Part shown: one piece after another, positions 29,001 to 39,262 of the stretch
Layout of the letters: every line of letters starts with the position of its first letter
Numbering within the stretch: the first letter of the stretch is position 1
Source of the DNA: an uncultured Spirochaetota bacterium
GTDB lineage: Bacteria; Spirochaetota; Brevinematia; Brevinematales; JAOACQ01
Assembly: GCA_963783575.1 (NCBI GenBank)
Contig: CAWAOD010000009.1
Span: 192,001 to 256,000, forward strand
DNA: 64,000 bases
Direction: 5' to 3'
The notes under the pieces: generated by a model
The model's database searches: none
What the model saw: the letters and a program-made list of their open reading frames with translations, nothing else
What the model was told of the DNA's origin: nothing
Made by a program: the position numbers and the translations under genes

Positions 29001-29429
29001 ATGAAGACATTTTCGTTAAAAGCTTCTGAAATTAAAAGGGACTGGTATATCATAGACGCTAATAATCAGCCGCTTGGAAGGATTGCGTCAAAAGCCGCTT
29101 TTGTGCTGATGGGCAAACATAAACCAACATATACTCAGCATCTGGATAATGGAGATTACGTTATTATTATAAACGCTGAAAAGATTTTGTTAACCGGGCG
29201 GAAAGCCAAAAATATGAAATATTATCATTATTCGGGCTATGTCGGCGGTTTGAGGGAAGTCCCTTTCAAAGATATGCTTGCAAAAAAGCCGCTTTTCCCT
29301 CTGGAGAAGGCAATCAAAGGTATGCTCCCGAAAAATCATCTTGCCAGGGATATGTACAAAAAATTGTATTTGTTTGAAGGTCCCGAACATAACCTGAAAA
29401 ATAAAGAATTGAAACCGCTCGAGATATAA
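29001..29429 (+). CDS. rplM: 50S ribosomal protein L13
   Basis: [35 protein letters not shown]. Likely start MKTF at 29001. Confidence 0.97.
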   Translation: MKTFSLKASEIKRDWYIIDANNQPLGRIASKAAFVLMGKHKPTYTQHLDNGDYVIIINAEKILLTGRKAKNMKYYHYSGYVGGLREVPFKDMLAKKPLFPLEKAIKGMLPKNHLARDMYKKLYLFEGPEHNLKNKELKPLEI

Positions 29430-29448
29430 ATATCGGAGGATTACAATT

Positions 29449-29841
29449 ATGACAGATAAAATATACGCGACAGGCAGAAGGAAAACAAGCGTAGCAAGGG
29501 TTTTTCTTATCCCGAAGGGTAATGGAAAAATTACTGTAAATGGGAAAAAGATGGAAGAATACTTTCCCGCAAATTATTGGGAAATTGTAAAAATGCCCCT
29601 CACAATGACAGAAATTCTGGATAAATGCGATGTTTTTATAACCGTTAAAGGTGGCGGTATGACCGGGCAATCAGAAGCAATCAGGCACGGATTGTCAAGG
29701 GCCGTAGATAAAATGGATAAGGATAAATTCCACAAAACTTTAAAATCCGCCGGTTATCTGACAAGAGACCCAAGAATGGTACAGAGGAAGAAATACGGGC
29801 TCAAAAAAGCGAGAAAAGGTCCCCAGTACTCAAAACGTTAA
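29449..29841 (+). CDS. rpsI: 30S ribosomal protein S9
   Basis: [39 protein letters not shown]. Confidence 0.98.
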   Translation: MTDKIYATGRRKTSVARVFLIPKGNGKITVNGKKMEEYFPANYWEIVKMPLTMTEILDKCDVFITVKGGGMTGQSEAIRHGLSRAVDKMDKDKFHKTLKSAGYLTRDPRMVQRKKYGLKKARKGPQYSKR

Positions 29842-29856
29842 TTATTATTTTCATAT

Positions 29857-29890
29857 AAAAAAACATCCCGTGTTTGCGGGACGTTTTTTT
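29857..29890. terminator. Bidirectional intrinsic terminator
   Basis: A7-CATCCCG-TGTTTG-CGGGACG-T7 between convergent rpsI and tsaC. Confidence 0.8.
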
Positions 29891-30917
29891 ATATATACTT
29901 ACCGCCGCTTGCTTTTATAAGCCGGTTCATTATTGCCCTTCCAATTCCACTCTCTTCAACGCTCTGCGCGACAATTTCATCGGCATTGTTATCATCAAAA
30001 AAAGCCATAGTCTTATAAAGATCCCGCGCATATTCCTCAAGATTTTTGCATTGTATTACCATAAAACCATCCGAATTATCTAAAATTTCATTTAAAAGAA
30101 TAATTCCGACTTTTTTACCGGGAAACCTGTTTTTTATTCTATCCATGCTAATATTATTTGATAAATAAACTTCCGCCCGTGGTTTATAATGAGTATATTT
30201 TATTCCGGGCGATGAAGGTGATTTATGATAATTTTCAATAATATCATCGGTAAGATTAATATTAAAGTCATAACCCAATACGGAATATATCATTTCTTCG
30301 GTTACCGCTCCGGGGCGCAGGATCCTGACCCCGCCATTTTCAATACTTAAAACAGTTGATTCCAGTCCGACTTCACAATCTCCGCCGTCGATAATGGCGT
30401 CAACCCTGCCGTTCATTTCGTTATAAGCCATGTTCAGTGTTGTTGGGCTTGGTTTGCCGGACAGGTTTGCGGATGGTGCCGCAATTGGAAGACCGGTTTC
30501 TTTTAAAAGCGCTAATGCGGCCGGATGGGAAGGAATCCTTACGGCGACCGTATCAAGTCCGGCTGTAACATTATATGGTATTTTCTCGTTTTTAGGTAGA
30601 ACTACAGTTAAAGGGCCGGGAGAAAACGCCTCAAACAATTTATATGCAATATCAGGTATTTCTCTTGCCGCCTCATTCAATTTTGTAATACCAGGTATAT
30701 GCACTATCAATGGATTGTCTGAAGGCCTTCCCTTAGCGGCGAATATCAATTGTACGGCATTTTCATCAAAAGCGTTGGCGCCAAGCCCATAAACGGTTTC
30801 GGTTGGAAAAACAAGGATTCCACCGCTCCTGATAATATTAACAGATTTTTTCAATCCTTCATTATTATTTAATAAGTCTTTAACTATGATTGTTTTTTTC
30901 TCCATATCATAATCCAT
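29889..30917 (-). CDS. tsaC: Threonylcarbamoyl-AMP synthase (Sua5 type)
   Basis: FPTETVYGLG, KGRPSDNPLIVH, APSAN, C-terminal Sua5 domain with PGIKYTHY. Confidence 0.95.
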   Translation of the reverse strand: MDYDMEKKTIIVKDLLNNNEGLKKSVNIIRSGGILVFPTETVYGLGANAFDENAVQLIFAAKGRPSDNPLIVHIPGITKLNEAAREIPDIAYKLFEAFSPGPLTVVLPKNEKIPYNVTAGLDTVAVRIPSHPAALALLKETGLPIAAPSANLSGKPSPTTLNMAYNEMNGRVDAIIDGGDCEVGLESTVLSIENGGVRILRPGAVTEEMIYSVLGYDFNINLTDDIIENYHKSPSSPGIKYTHYKPRAEVYLSNNISMDRIKNRFPGKKVGIILLNEILDNSDGFMVIQCKNLEEYARDLYKTMAFFDDNNADEIVAQSVEESGIGRAIMNRLIKASGGKYI

Positions 30918-32019
30918 TAGTCAGACTTTCAAGAACATTCCAATACTCTTCTGCGATTTTTGAATTAGAAAAATTTTTTACCCTTTCAAAACCCTTGTTT
31001 ATCAATTCAATTTTCAGATTTGAATCAGTTATAACCCTGATTATGCCTTCAGCAATACCATTAGATGAATAAGGATTGACATAATAAGCCGCTTCTCTGC
31101 AAATCTCATGGAGCGGGGCAATATCGGACACAACAACAGGACAGCCGCAAGCCATTGCTTCAATGGGAGGCAAGCCGAATCCTTCATAAAAAGATGGAAG
31201 GACTAATAGATCCGCAAAATTATATAAATCGATCAGCTTATTATCATCGACAATACCGGTAAATATTACCTGATTTTCAAGATGAAGATTTTTAATTATT
31301 AAATCAATATTATCAAGTCTTGTTATAAAATCTTCCTTCTGTCCCGTAATAATTAATTTATAATTCTTATAATCATTATTTATTTTTTTAAATGCATTAA
31401 GTAAACCTATGATATTTTTATGAGGTTTGACATTTCCCACAAAAAGAATAAATTTTTCATTTTCTTCAAGACATGATCCACTCATAAACCTCATTTTCTC
31501 CTGAAATGAGTATTCTTTTTTCATAAATTTAACTTCAGGCGATCGATATATTATTTTTATCTTACCGATTTGTTTGATGTCCAGATTTAACCGGCCGATA
31601 ATCTCATCTCTTGTAAATTGAGAAATCGCAATAAGTAAATTCGAATTTTTAACAGCGTTTTTAAATAGAAACTTCGCATATAATTTTGCAAGGGGATTTA
31701 GTTTCGACATTTGTGTAATCTGAAAAACATCATGAATTGTTACAATTCTTTTTTTTGCCGGGATTTTAAAAACCGGCGCATTGAATTGCGGAGACCAGAA
31801 AATATCAGCTGGAGGAATTTTTTTAATAAATTCATATTGTTCAATTGGAGAATAAATTTTTGAATTCATTTCAATTACTTCAGCCTGATATTCTGAAAGA
31901 GCTTTTTTGCTGCCGAGGAGAATAACCTCATATTTCCACAATATATAAGGTAAAATAGAGCGAATATAACGTCCGATACCAGACATGCTAATCATTCTGG
32001 CATCAAAAACAATTTTCAT
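30907..32019 (-). CDS. Glycosyltransferase family 4
   Basis: SGIGRY, VTIHD, KPHKN, EGFGLPPIEAMACG. Confidence 0.92.
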   Translation of the reverse strand: MKIVFDARMISMSGIGRYIRSILPYILWKYEVILLGSKKALSEYQAEVIEMNSKIYSPIEQYEFIKKIPPADIFWSPQFNAPVFKIPAKKRIVTIHDVFQITQMSKLNPLAKLYAKFLFKNAVKNSNLLIAISQFTRDEIIGRLNLDIKQIGKIKIIYRSPEVKFMKKEYSFQEKMRFMSGSCLEENEKFILFVGNVKPHKNIIGLLNAFKKINNDYKNYKLIITGQKEDFITRLDNIDLIIKNLHLENQVIFTGIVDDNKLIDLYNFADLLVLPSFYEGFGLPPIEAMACGCPVVVSDIAPLHEICREAAYYVNPYSSNGIAEGIIRVITDSNLKIELINKGFERVKNFSNSKIAEEYWNVLESLTNGL

Positions 32020-32058
32020 AAAATTTCCTAAAGAAAAGATGAGGAATATGCAGATTTA

Positions 32059-33297
32059 TTATGAAAGGTCCACAAACTGCATTAAAGACTTCCATTGCCT
32101 GGTTTCCATAGTGTGATTAAATTCAAGTCCTATATAGAATTTTAAATTTTCATTTTCTTTTTTAAAATGGGCTATACTCGCTTTGATATTTAATTGTTCA
32201 ACCGGCATATCGCCAATTTTCTTAATCTCTAAATCTAAATTATCCTTTATCACAATATCTTTAATATTACAGCTGCATTCCAGGAGAAGCCCTCTTTGAC
32301 TGATGTCAAGAACTTTCCCATTAACATACATTGATTCTTTTATCTTTTTCAATTCTATTTCAGTGTCCTTTTTTACAGGGAACCTGAAAAATTTTCTTCT
32401 TTCAGGCATGGCGTGTTTTTGTTTATTCTTTTGCTGTTCTTTTATAAGCTCTTCTTCTAATTTATCATGGATTCTGTTTTTGCCCAGATACTTCGATTTA
32501 TACAAAGAGGAGTCCGCCAGCTTCATCAATCCTTCATAACTTGCCGAATCCATCGGGTATGTCGCTATACCGGCTGAGAATGTAACTTTAATATTATTTC
32601 TGATATTATTATCATTCCAGTTATAATTTTCAAGGTTTTGCTTTATTCTTTCGGCAAGAAATCTCGCGCCTACCCTTCCCGTTTGAGGCAGCAGAATAAC
32701 AAACTCGTCTCCCCCGAAACGGCCAATTATATCTTCCTTTCTAACACTTGCGTTCAGAACTGCGGAAAACTTTTTCAATACCTTGTCCCCGAATAAATGC
32801 CCGTAATTATCATTCAAGGCTTTAAAGTCATCAATATCAATCAAAATAATGGAAAAATGATAATTATATCTTTTAGCCCTTTTTATTTCCCTTTCCGCCA
32901 TTTCTGCCATAAAATTTGAATTAAAACAACCTGTTTTCGGGTCTTCTTTTGTCAATTTTAGGATTTCTTCAAAAAATTCAATTTCCACTATTTTTGGGTT
33001 TTTCAGAATTTTTATAAGATTCAAAAAATAATCCAGAATAGCTACTCTTATCCCGACATCCCTTTTCATCTTTGATGATAGATTCTCCCTATGTTCCAAA
33101 ATTTTAAAATAATGGTCCTTAGCCTCACTTTCATTCATATCGATATGCGCCAATAAATTCAATATAAAACGATAAATTCCACTATTGACAGAAGATTTTT
33201 CCTGATCTGTGCTTTTATTGCTTATCAGTTCCTGATCAGCCATAATTTTTGAAATCTCATATTCGTCCAGACCATCAATTGAAATTTTTTCTTTCAT
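32059..33297 (-). CDS. Diguanylate cyclase (GGDEF) with C-terminal PilZ domain
   Basis: DIDDFK, RKED I-site, RFGGDEF. PilZ motifs RRKFFR and DISQRG. Confidence 0.9.
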   Translation of the reverse strand: MKEKISIDGLDEYEISKIMADQELISNKSTDQEKSSVNSGIYRFILNLLAHIDMNESEAKDHYFKILEHRENLSSKMKRDVGIRVAILDYFLNLIKILKNPKIVEIEFFEEILKLTKEDPKTGCFNSNFMAEMAEREIKRAKRYNYHFSIILIDIDDFKALNDNYGHLFGDKVLKKFSAVLNASVRKEDIIGRFGGDEFVILLPQTGRVGARFLAERIKQNLENYNWNDNNIRNNIKVTFSAGIATYPMDSASYEGLMKLADSSLYKSKYLGKNRIHDKLEEELIKEQQKNKQKHAMPERRKFFRFPVKKDTEIELKKIKESMYVNGKVLDISQRGLLLECSCNIKDIVIKDNLDLEIKKIGDMPVEQLNIKASIAHFKKENENLKFYIGLEFNHTMETRQWKSLMQFVDLS

Positions 33298-33627
33298 TTT
33301 TTTTCTCCAGAATTTTTAATTCTCTAAAATAAATAACTCTTTAATATAAACTCAAGCCACTGGTTCTTTAATGGTTGATCTAAGAAAACCGATTATTATA
33401 ATATTTTTTATTTCCAATCGCAAATATTTTAATAAAAAAAACAATTAATTTATTAAGAAAATTTCTTATAATAAATTCCAATCATTTACTATTCAAAGAA
33501 TTAGAATAGTAAATTTATAATAAGAATGAGACATTATTTTACAACAATCTAATAGACTGATTATCAGATTCATTGAAAATCAAAATGCCTTAGATTTTTT
33601 CTTGAGTGAATTTTTAAGAAAGTTCTA

Positions 33628-34554
33628 TTATGATGGGATTTTATCCATATCAAGCATATCAGCGGCATGATAATAATAATTATTTTCGGAATTGTAATGA
33701 TATTCGGCAGGTTCTCTTCTGCCGGAAATAAGATTCATAACTTTCCTGGCAAATAATACGTCAAGGGTATGCCCGCCTTTATATGATATCATAAAACCTT
33801 TAATATCGGAATTTAAAAGGGCAAGGCTCCCAATCAAATCAACAACTTTATGCCTGACAGGTTCATCTTCGTACCTGGAATAATTCAATGCCTTATTTTC
33901 TTTTTTACTGAACACTTGAACATTATCGAAATTCACTCCCAAAACCAGCCCGCTTTTTTGATAACTGTCCAGATCCTCAATAAAGCCGAATGTCCTGGCA
34001 TCCGACAGAGTATTGACGAAAATATCAGGGTTTAGTTCCGTTTGATATGTTTGAGTACCTATAGGAGAATTTGGAAAAGAAATTGTATAACTGAACTTAA
34101 GTCCATCATACGGAAGTGCCACCAAAAATTTATCTTCAAGGGTCACCCAGATAGGATTAATAATCCTGAATTCATCCCTTGTTTTGTTTTGAGAGATCAA
34201 GCCATATTCAATAATTTGCCTGATAAATTCTTTTGTACTTCCATCCATTATTGGAATTTCCGTAGAACTGCATTCAATAAGGCAATTATCGATTTGAAAT
34301 GCGTAAAGAGCCGCAACCAGATGTTCTACTGTCTTTACTATGGATTTGCCGTTGCTCACTGATATATTGTTTTGCGTGTCGATTATATTTTCTACATTAT
34401 AAGGAATAAACTGTTTGGTCTGACCGCTTCTTGATACAAAAACAATTCCAGTATCTTCCGGAGCAGGTTTTAATACAACCGCACAATCACTGCCGCTGTG
34501 AAGACCTATACCCTTAAATTCTATATTACTTTTTAATGTATTTTGTTTTCTCAC
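33628..34554 (-). CDS. lpxC: UDP-3-O-acyl-N-acetylglucosamine deacetylase
   Basis: QNTL..GIGLHSG, TVEHL, PIMDGS, ARTFGF, RHKVVD. Likely GTG start at 34554. Confidence 0.92.
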   Translation of the reverse strand: MRKQNTLKSNIEFKGIGLHSGSDCAVVLKPAPEDTGIVFVSRSGQTKQFIPYNVENIIDTQNNISVSNGKSIVKTVEHLVAALYAFQIDNCLIECSSTEIPIMDGSTKEFIRQIIEYGLISQNKTRDEFRIINPIWVTLEDKFLVALPYDGLKFSYTISFPNSPIGTQTYQTELNPDIFVNTLSDARTFGFIEDLDSYQKSGLVLGVNFDNVQVFSKKENKALNYSRYEDEPVRHKVVDLIGSLALLNSDIKGFMISYKGGHTLDVLFARKVMNLISGRREPAEYHYNSENNYYYHAADMLDMDKIPS

Positions 34555-34690
34555 AAAAGTCTCCAGATAAATGTTACTATTATATAGCAAATATTATACC
34601 AAATGCTCAAAACTATTTATTATTATTAATAAATAAGTTACGCCATTTTCAACTTCATCAAACCATATAACTGTCTTGAATATTATACAG

Positions 34691-35095
34691 TTATTTTTCC
34701 TTTTCCAGTAAATAATTCGATAAGATTTTTTGTGCGGATAATCTGTCAATTTGCAACTTTACTTTTTTTTTATTTAGCCCCAATGACTTTAAAAAACTTT
34801 CAGCGTAGACGCTTGTGAATTCTTCATTCTGATAAATTATTTCCAAGTTAAGATTCGATTTTAATTTATCGGCAAAATCAATTACATTTTTAACAGCTTC
34901 GGTATATGTATCCGAATGCGGGTACCCTATGACTATTTTCTCAAATTTGTATTTTTCAGTAAGTTTTTTTAATCTATCCATAATATTGATATCATTGATG
35001 TAAACATCCAGGGGTGAAGCAATCATTTGCAAATCATCGGTAACTGCCAGACCGATTCTTTTTTTCCCGTAATCAATACCAAGAATCCTGCCCAT
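34691..35095 (-). CDS. ruvX: YqgF/RuvX family nuclease
   Basis: ILGIDYGKKRIGLA, VIGYP, NEEFTS. Confidence 0.92.
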   Translation of the reverse strand: MGRILGIDYGKKRIGLAVTDDLQMIASPLDVYINDINIMDRLKKLTEKYKFEKIVIGYPHSDTYTEAVKNVIDFADKLKSNLNLEIIYQNEEFTSVYAESFLKSLGLNKKKVKLQIDRLSAQKILSNYLLEKEK

Positions 35096-36253
35096 TTAAT
35101 TGCCGCCGGAAAAAGTATTTTTAAGAATAAAATCGGCAACTTTATCTACCACAGGCCTTTCACCAAGGCTTGTTTTAATTTTTGCATAATATGATTCAAA
35201 TTCAAGCTTTTTCTGCCCGGTCAAATTAAGAAAAGATAGAGTTTCCCGTATGATATTACCGGAATTACAATCCTTCTGTAATAATTCAGGGAATACTTTT
35301 TTATTAAGAATTATATTCGGTAATCCTATCACATCAGATTTGACAAGCATCTTACCGATAAAAAAAGATAATGATGAAACTTTATAGCAAATCACCGGCG
35401 GTTTTCCAAATAACACGGACTCCAGAGAGGCCGTGCCTGATGATAGAATAACAACATCGGAAACACTCATTGCAGAATAAGAATCTTCCCTGATCAATTT
35501 AATCTTTCCGGATAAACCGAATTCATTTATTTTATTTATAATATAATCCTCATAAATTGGGTGAGAAACGGGAAGAATAATCTGAATATCATACCGGTTA
35601 ATTAGTATTTCAGATGCTTCCAGAAAAGGCGGCAAAAGCGTTTCGACTTCCTGAAAACGGCTTCCCGGCATTATAGCAACAATCTTTTTATCTCTGACCA
35701 ATCCGTTATTATCAAAGAAATCCTTTGAAATCTTGAAATCATAAACTTTATCCAGAATAGGATTGCCGGAATATAAAACATTTTTTGTGTATTCACGGTA
35801 AACAAGATAGTCGGGAAAATGAGGAACGATAAGATAATCAACATTTTTTGCCAATAGCGGTGCATACCACCGCCCCCAGATAGAAACATGCGGCGGAAAA
35901 TAATAAAAGCATTTGATGCCTTTTTTTTTCAAAAACTTAGCCCGTGGAATATTCAAACCCTGATTATCCACAAGGATCGCGGCAGTAACCGGATTCCTTT
36001 TTAAATATTCAATTGATTTTTTGTAAAGTTGATTATTTTTATTATAAAAGCGGAGTGAATCGGACAGCCCTATTGTACCGTAATAAGTTATATCGCTATC
36101 TATGGAATTCAGGCCGGCTTTAATCATATTCTGCCCGCCCATCCCGGTAAAGCTTATATCAGGTTTTTTTCCCTTAATCCGGCGCATAAGGTCCGCCGCA
36201 TGAATATCGCCTGAAACCTCTCCGGCTGCTATAAAAAAAAGATTATTCACCAT
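35096..36253 (-). CDS. lpxB: Lipid-A-disaccharide synthase
   Basis: AGEVSGD, PGSRFQE, SGTASLE, GLPNII, PELLQ. Likely start ATG 36253. Confidence 0.93.
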   Translation of the reverse strand: MVNNLFFIAAGEVSGDIHAADLMRRIKGKKPDISFTGMGGQNMIKAGLNSIDSDITYYGTIGLSDSLRFYNKNNQLYKKSIEYLKRNPVTAAILVDNQGLNIPRAKFLKKKGIKCFYYFPPHVSIWGRWYAPLLAKNVDYLIVPHFPDYLVYREYTKNVLYSGNPILDKVYDFKISKDFFDNNGLVRDKKIVAIMPGSRFQEVETLLPPFLEASEILINRYDIQIILPVSHPIYEDYIINKINEFGLSGKIKLIREDSYSAMSVSDVVILSSGTASLESVLFGKPPVICYKVSSLSFFIGKMLVKSDVIGLPNIILNKKVFPELLQKDCNSGNIIRETLSFLNLTGQKKLEFESYYAKIKTSLGERPVVDKVADFILKNTFSGGN

Positions 36254-37031
36254 GATATGATACGATGCCCCTTTTTGAGCTCCGTACAAAACTGATCAAT
36301 CTTAATACAGAATTATTGCCGGAATACTTTTCTTCCATAGCTGCAAGCCTTTCTTTTAAAAGTCCTTTCCCGTAAAGCATTCTTAAGGCGTCCTTGATTA
36401 TAGTTCTTTGTTCCTGATTAAATCCGCCACGTCTCAAACCTACAACATTCAATCCGTAAACTTTGGCCGGATTGCCGTCCACAATCATAAAAGGCGGTAC
36501 ATCCTGAACAACCTTGCCGAGTCCGCCGATCATCGCAAAGGCTCCTACCCTGCAATTTTGATGTACGGCTGAATTTCCAGACATGTTTGTGCTTTCTTCC
36601 AGCACAACAAATCCGGCCAGGAGACATCCGTTAGTCAGAATACTGTTACTGCCTATTTTAGAATTATGTCCGACATGAGAATTTGCCATCAGAAAAACAT
36701 TATCTCCTACTATAGTTTTTTCTCCATTGCCGCCATGAATGGGGGTATGTATCGTAACTCCTTCACGAATAATGCAACTTTCTCCAATTTCAATCAACCC
36801 GGGTTCCCCATTAAATGAATAATCCTGCGGAGGTTCCCCTATGGCAGCCCCGGAAAAAATCCTTGTTCCTTTGCCTATCTTTGCCCAGCCTGTTATATGC
36901 GAAAAAGGACCGATTACACAATTATCCGAAATTTCAATATCTCCTTCTATCACGCAGTACGGCTTAATTTCAACGTTTTCACCTAATTTGACATTCTTTC
37001 CAAGAATCACACTGGGGTGAATATTATTCAT
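36243..37031 (-). CDS. lpxA: Acyl-ACP--UDP-N-acetylglucosamine acyltransferase
   Basis: Hexapeptide repeats, IGEPPQD, IREGVTIH, HVGHN, VHQ, QDVPPF, GLNVVGLRR. Confidence 0.93.
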   Translation of the reverse strand: MNNIHPSVILGKNVKLGENVEIKPYCVIEGDIEISDNCVIGPFSHITGWAKIGKGTRIFSGAAIGEPPQDYSFNGEPGLIEIGESCIIREGVTIHTPIHGGNGEKTIVGDNVFLMANSHVGHNSKIGSNSILTNGCLLAGFVVLEESTNMSGNSAVHQNCRVGAFAMIGGLGKVVQDVPPFMIVDGNPAKVYGLNVVGLRRGGFNQEQRTIIKDALRMLYGKGLLKERLAAMEEKYSGNNSVLRLISFVRSSKRGIVSYHGE

Positions 37032-37533
37032 TTTTCTGCCTATCCAATTCTTTTTTCAGCATTTCTTCAACAAGAACAAACTTCTTCCTGTTTTCACTGT
37101 TGAGTTCCATTAAATTCTGATGAGATTCTAAGAGGACTTGAATATCCCGGTATGTTTTTTCCAGTTTTTTCTTGATTTCTCCGCTTACGTCTATATTTTT
37201 TAATACGGATTCTTCCTGAATCGGTAAAATCTCCAGAAGTCCCATTGTATTTAGAATTTCTTTAACTCTTTCGGAAGGATTTAATAGAATAACATTCGAA
37301 TTGCGCAATTTTTTAAGTTTCTTTTGAACGGAAACTATAACACCGATAAATGAGCTATCCAGATAAGTTGTAGATGACAATTCAAAATATACATTCTCAA
37401 TATTTTCTTCTTCCAGTTTTGTTGAAAGAAATTGAAATAAATCCGTACAAAACTCCATTGTTCCTTTACCGATTACTTTTATTATATACCCAGATTCGAT
37501 TACACCAACCAATACTCTAGATGTGTCTTGCAT
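37024..37533 (-). CDS. STAS domain protein (anti-sigma factor antagonist-like)
   Basis: TYLDSSFIGVIV and LLNPSERVKEILNTMGL. Confidence 0.85.
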   Translation of the reverse strand: MQDTSRVLVGVIESGYIIKVIGKGTMEFCTDLFQFLSTKLEEENIENVYFELSSTTYLDSSFIGVIVSVQKKLKKLRNSNVILLNPSERVKEILNTMGLLEILPIQEESVLKNIDVSGEIKKKLEKTYRDIQVLLESHQNLMELNSENRKKFVLVEEMLKKELDRQKNE

Positions 37534-37542
37534 CTTGGCTCC

Positions 37543-38004
37543 TTAAAAGTCTTCAACAGCGATGGGATTAATATTTTTTACATCTTTTTCAAAAATCGCA
37601 TCAATTTCCTTTTTTGATACGATTTTTCCTTTACCAGTAAATATCATTCCCTCTTCAGCCAGGCATTTTTTTGTCCATAAGTCTCCTATAAGCTTTCCTG
37701 TGGAGAGAATATCCACACGTTCCAAAGCATATACATTCCCTTTAATCTTTCCGCCTATTCTTACGGAATTTGCATATATATCGCCGACTATCCTGCCATA
37801 CTCCCCGACAAGCACAACGCCATAACCCCTAACTATTCCTTTAAAATCTCCATCGATACGAAGCAAACCGTCAGATCTGAATTCACCTGAAAAAAAATTA
37901 TCCCTTCCTATAACACTATTTGAAGTGATTCCTTTTGACACAAACTCAACGCTTTTATCATCTCCTAGCTTTAGCTCACCATGCTTTAAATCAGTCGGTT
38001 CCAT
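37543..38004 (-). CDS. Bactofilin (CcmA-like polymer-forming cytoskeletal protein)
   Basis: Beta-helix repeats LRIDGDFKG, IVGDI, IGGKIKGNV, GKLIGDL. Confidence 0.9.
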   Translation of the reverse strand: MEPTDLKHGELKLGDDKSVEFVSKGITSNSVIGRDNFFSGEFRSDGLLRIDGDFKGIVRGYGVVLVGEYGRIVGDIYANSVRIGGKIKGNVYALERVDILSTGKLIGDLWTKKCLAEEGMIFTGKGKIVSKKEIDAIFEKDVKNINPIAVEDF

Positions 38005-38034
38005 TCAAAGCCCCCATTCTATTAAACTCATACT

Positions 38035-39081
38035 TTAAGGCAACATACTGACAAATGGCTCCGGATTAACCGGTTGATCTCCGATCCGTACTTCATAATG
38101 AAGATGAAAACCCGTGGTTTTACCCGTCATACCGACATATCCGATCACCTGTCCCTGCTTAACAACGCTTCCTACAAATATATTAGGCCCAAAACTGCTC
38201 ATATGCCCATAACGGGTAGTAAAGCCATATTTATGCTTGATTTCTACCAGATTCCCATAACCACCCATCCAGCTTGCATAAGAAACGACTCCATCCGCAG
38301 CCGCCCTTACCGGAGTTGAAGGTATTGCACTCATGTCAATACCCGGATGAAATTCTTCCTGCCATCGGTATACAGGATCAACACGCTTGCCGAATCCCGA
38401 AGTGATTCTTGCCCTTTGCGGAAGCGGATAGAATGAGGGTAATGCCATGAGCAAATTCTTTTGTTCTGCTATAAACATTCCCATCCTTCTAACATTTACC
38501 TTGGTAACATCAAGGTCCAGTTTCAAATTCTCAAGATCTGTCACCTCTTTCGGTCGATTTTTATTTGTATATTCATCCGGTAGCTTTATCTCGTTAAAAT
38601 TATAAATGTTTTTGTCCTGTCCCATAGGATCTTTTGCCGCTGATTTGATAATGTTGTTTATATCGCCTTTAAACATAGTAAATCTATTGTTTACGCTTTC
38701 TATGCTTCTTTTATATTCCTCAATAATAATTTTTTTGTATCCATCCTGAGTCTTTAATCTCTCATACTGCTTATATGTCTGCTGATTATTTGAAATTGCA
38801 ATAACTGATGTGGTGACTGTAATAGTTAATATTATTGCGGAAAAAAACAAAATATAATTTGAAACCTGAATATTCATAATTTTTTTCTCGGAATGAGGCA
38901 CAATCATTATTGTCAATCTTTGAGAACCTTTCTCATTAATTTTGTATGATAATTTGGCCATCCATCTTTTTATATTACTAAAATAAAGAAAAATGCTTTC
39001 TTTTATTTTTATCCATCGTGATTTCTTATACATTTCAGCTTTAGATTTAAAAGCAGGCCTGTTTTTACTGTAATTTGCCAT
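38035..39081 (-). CDS. M23 family metallo-endopeptidase
   Basis: TM and coiled coil, then HPGID, TRYGH, HLHYEV. Confidence 0.92.
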   Translation of the reverse strand: MANYSKNRPAFKSKAEMYKKSRWIKIKESIFLYFSNIKRWMAKLSYKINEKGSQRLTIMIVPHSEKKIMNIQVSNYILFFSAIILTITVTTSVIAISNNQQTYKQYERLKTQDGYKKIIIEEYKRSIESVNNRFTMFKGDINNIIKSAAKDPMGQDKNIYNFNEIKLPDEYTNKNRPKEVTDLENLKLDLDVTKVNVRRMGMFIAEQKNLLMALPSFYPLPQRARITSGFGKRVDPVYRWQEEFHPGIDMSAIPSTPVRAAADGVVSYASWMGGYGNLVEIKHKYGFTTRYGHMSSFGPNIFVGSVVKQGQVIGYVGMTGKTTGFHLHYEVRIGDQPVNPEPFVSMLP

Positions 39082-39188
39082 AATTGCCTCCTTTTCTAAA
39101 TTTAACCGTTATAAAATGGAAAATCAATTTTTTAAGAGAGTAATTATACATCTAAGTGCTGACTTATTCAACAATTTATGAAAATAAA

Positions 39189-39217
39189 TTGACCTTTGAA
39201 AAAACTACACTTATAAT
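39189..39217 (+). promoter_or_regulatory. Sigma70-type promoter for tatD
   Basis: TTGACC, 17-nt spacer, TATAAT. Confidence 0.55.
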
Positions 39218-39262
39218 TCTATATCAGTTTACAATAAAGTCAAGAAAAATAGGAACATTGCG

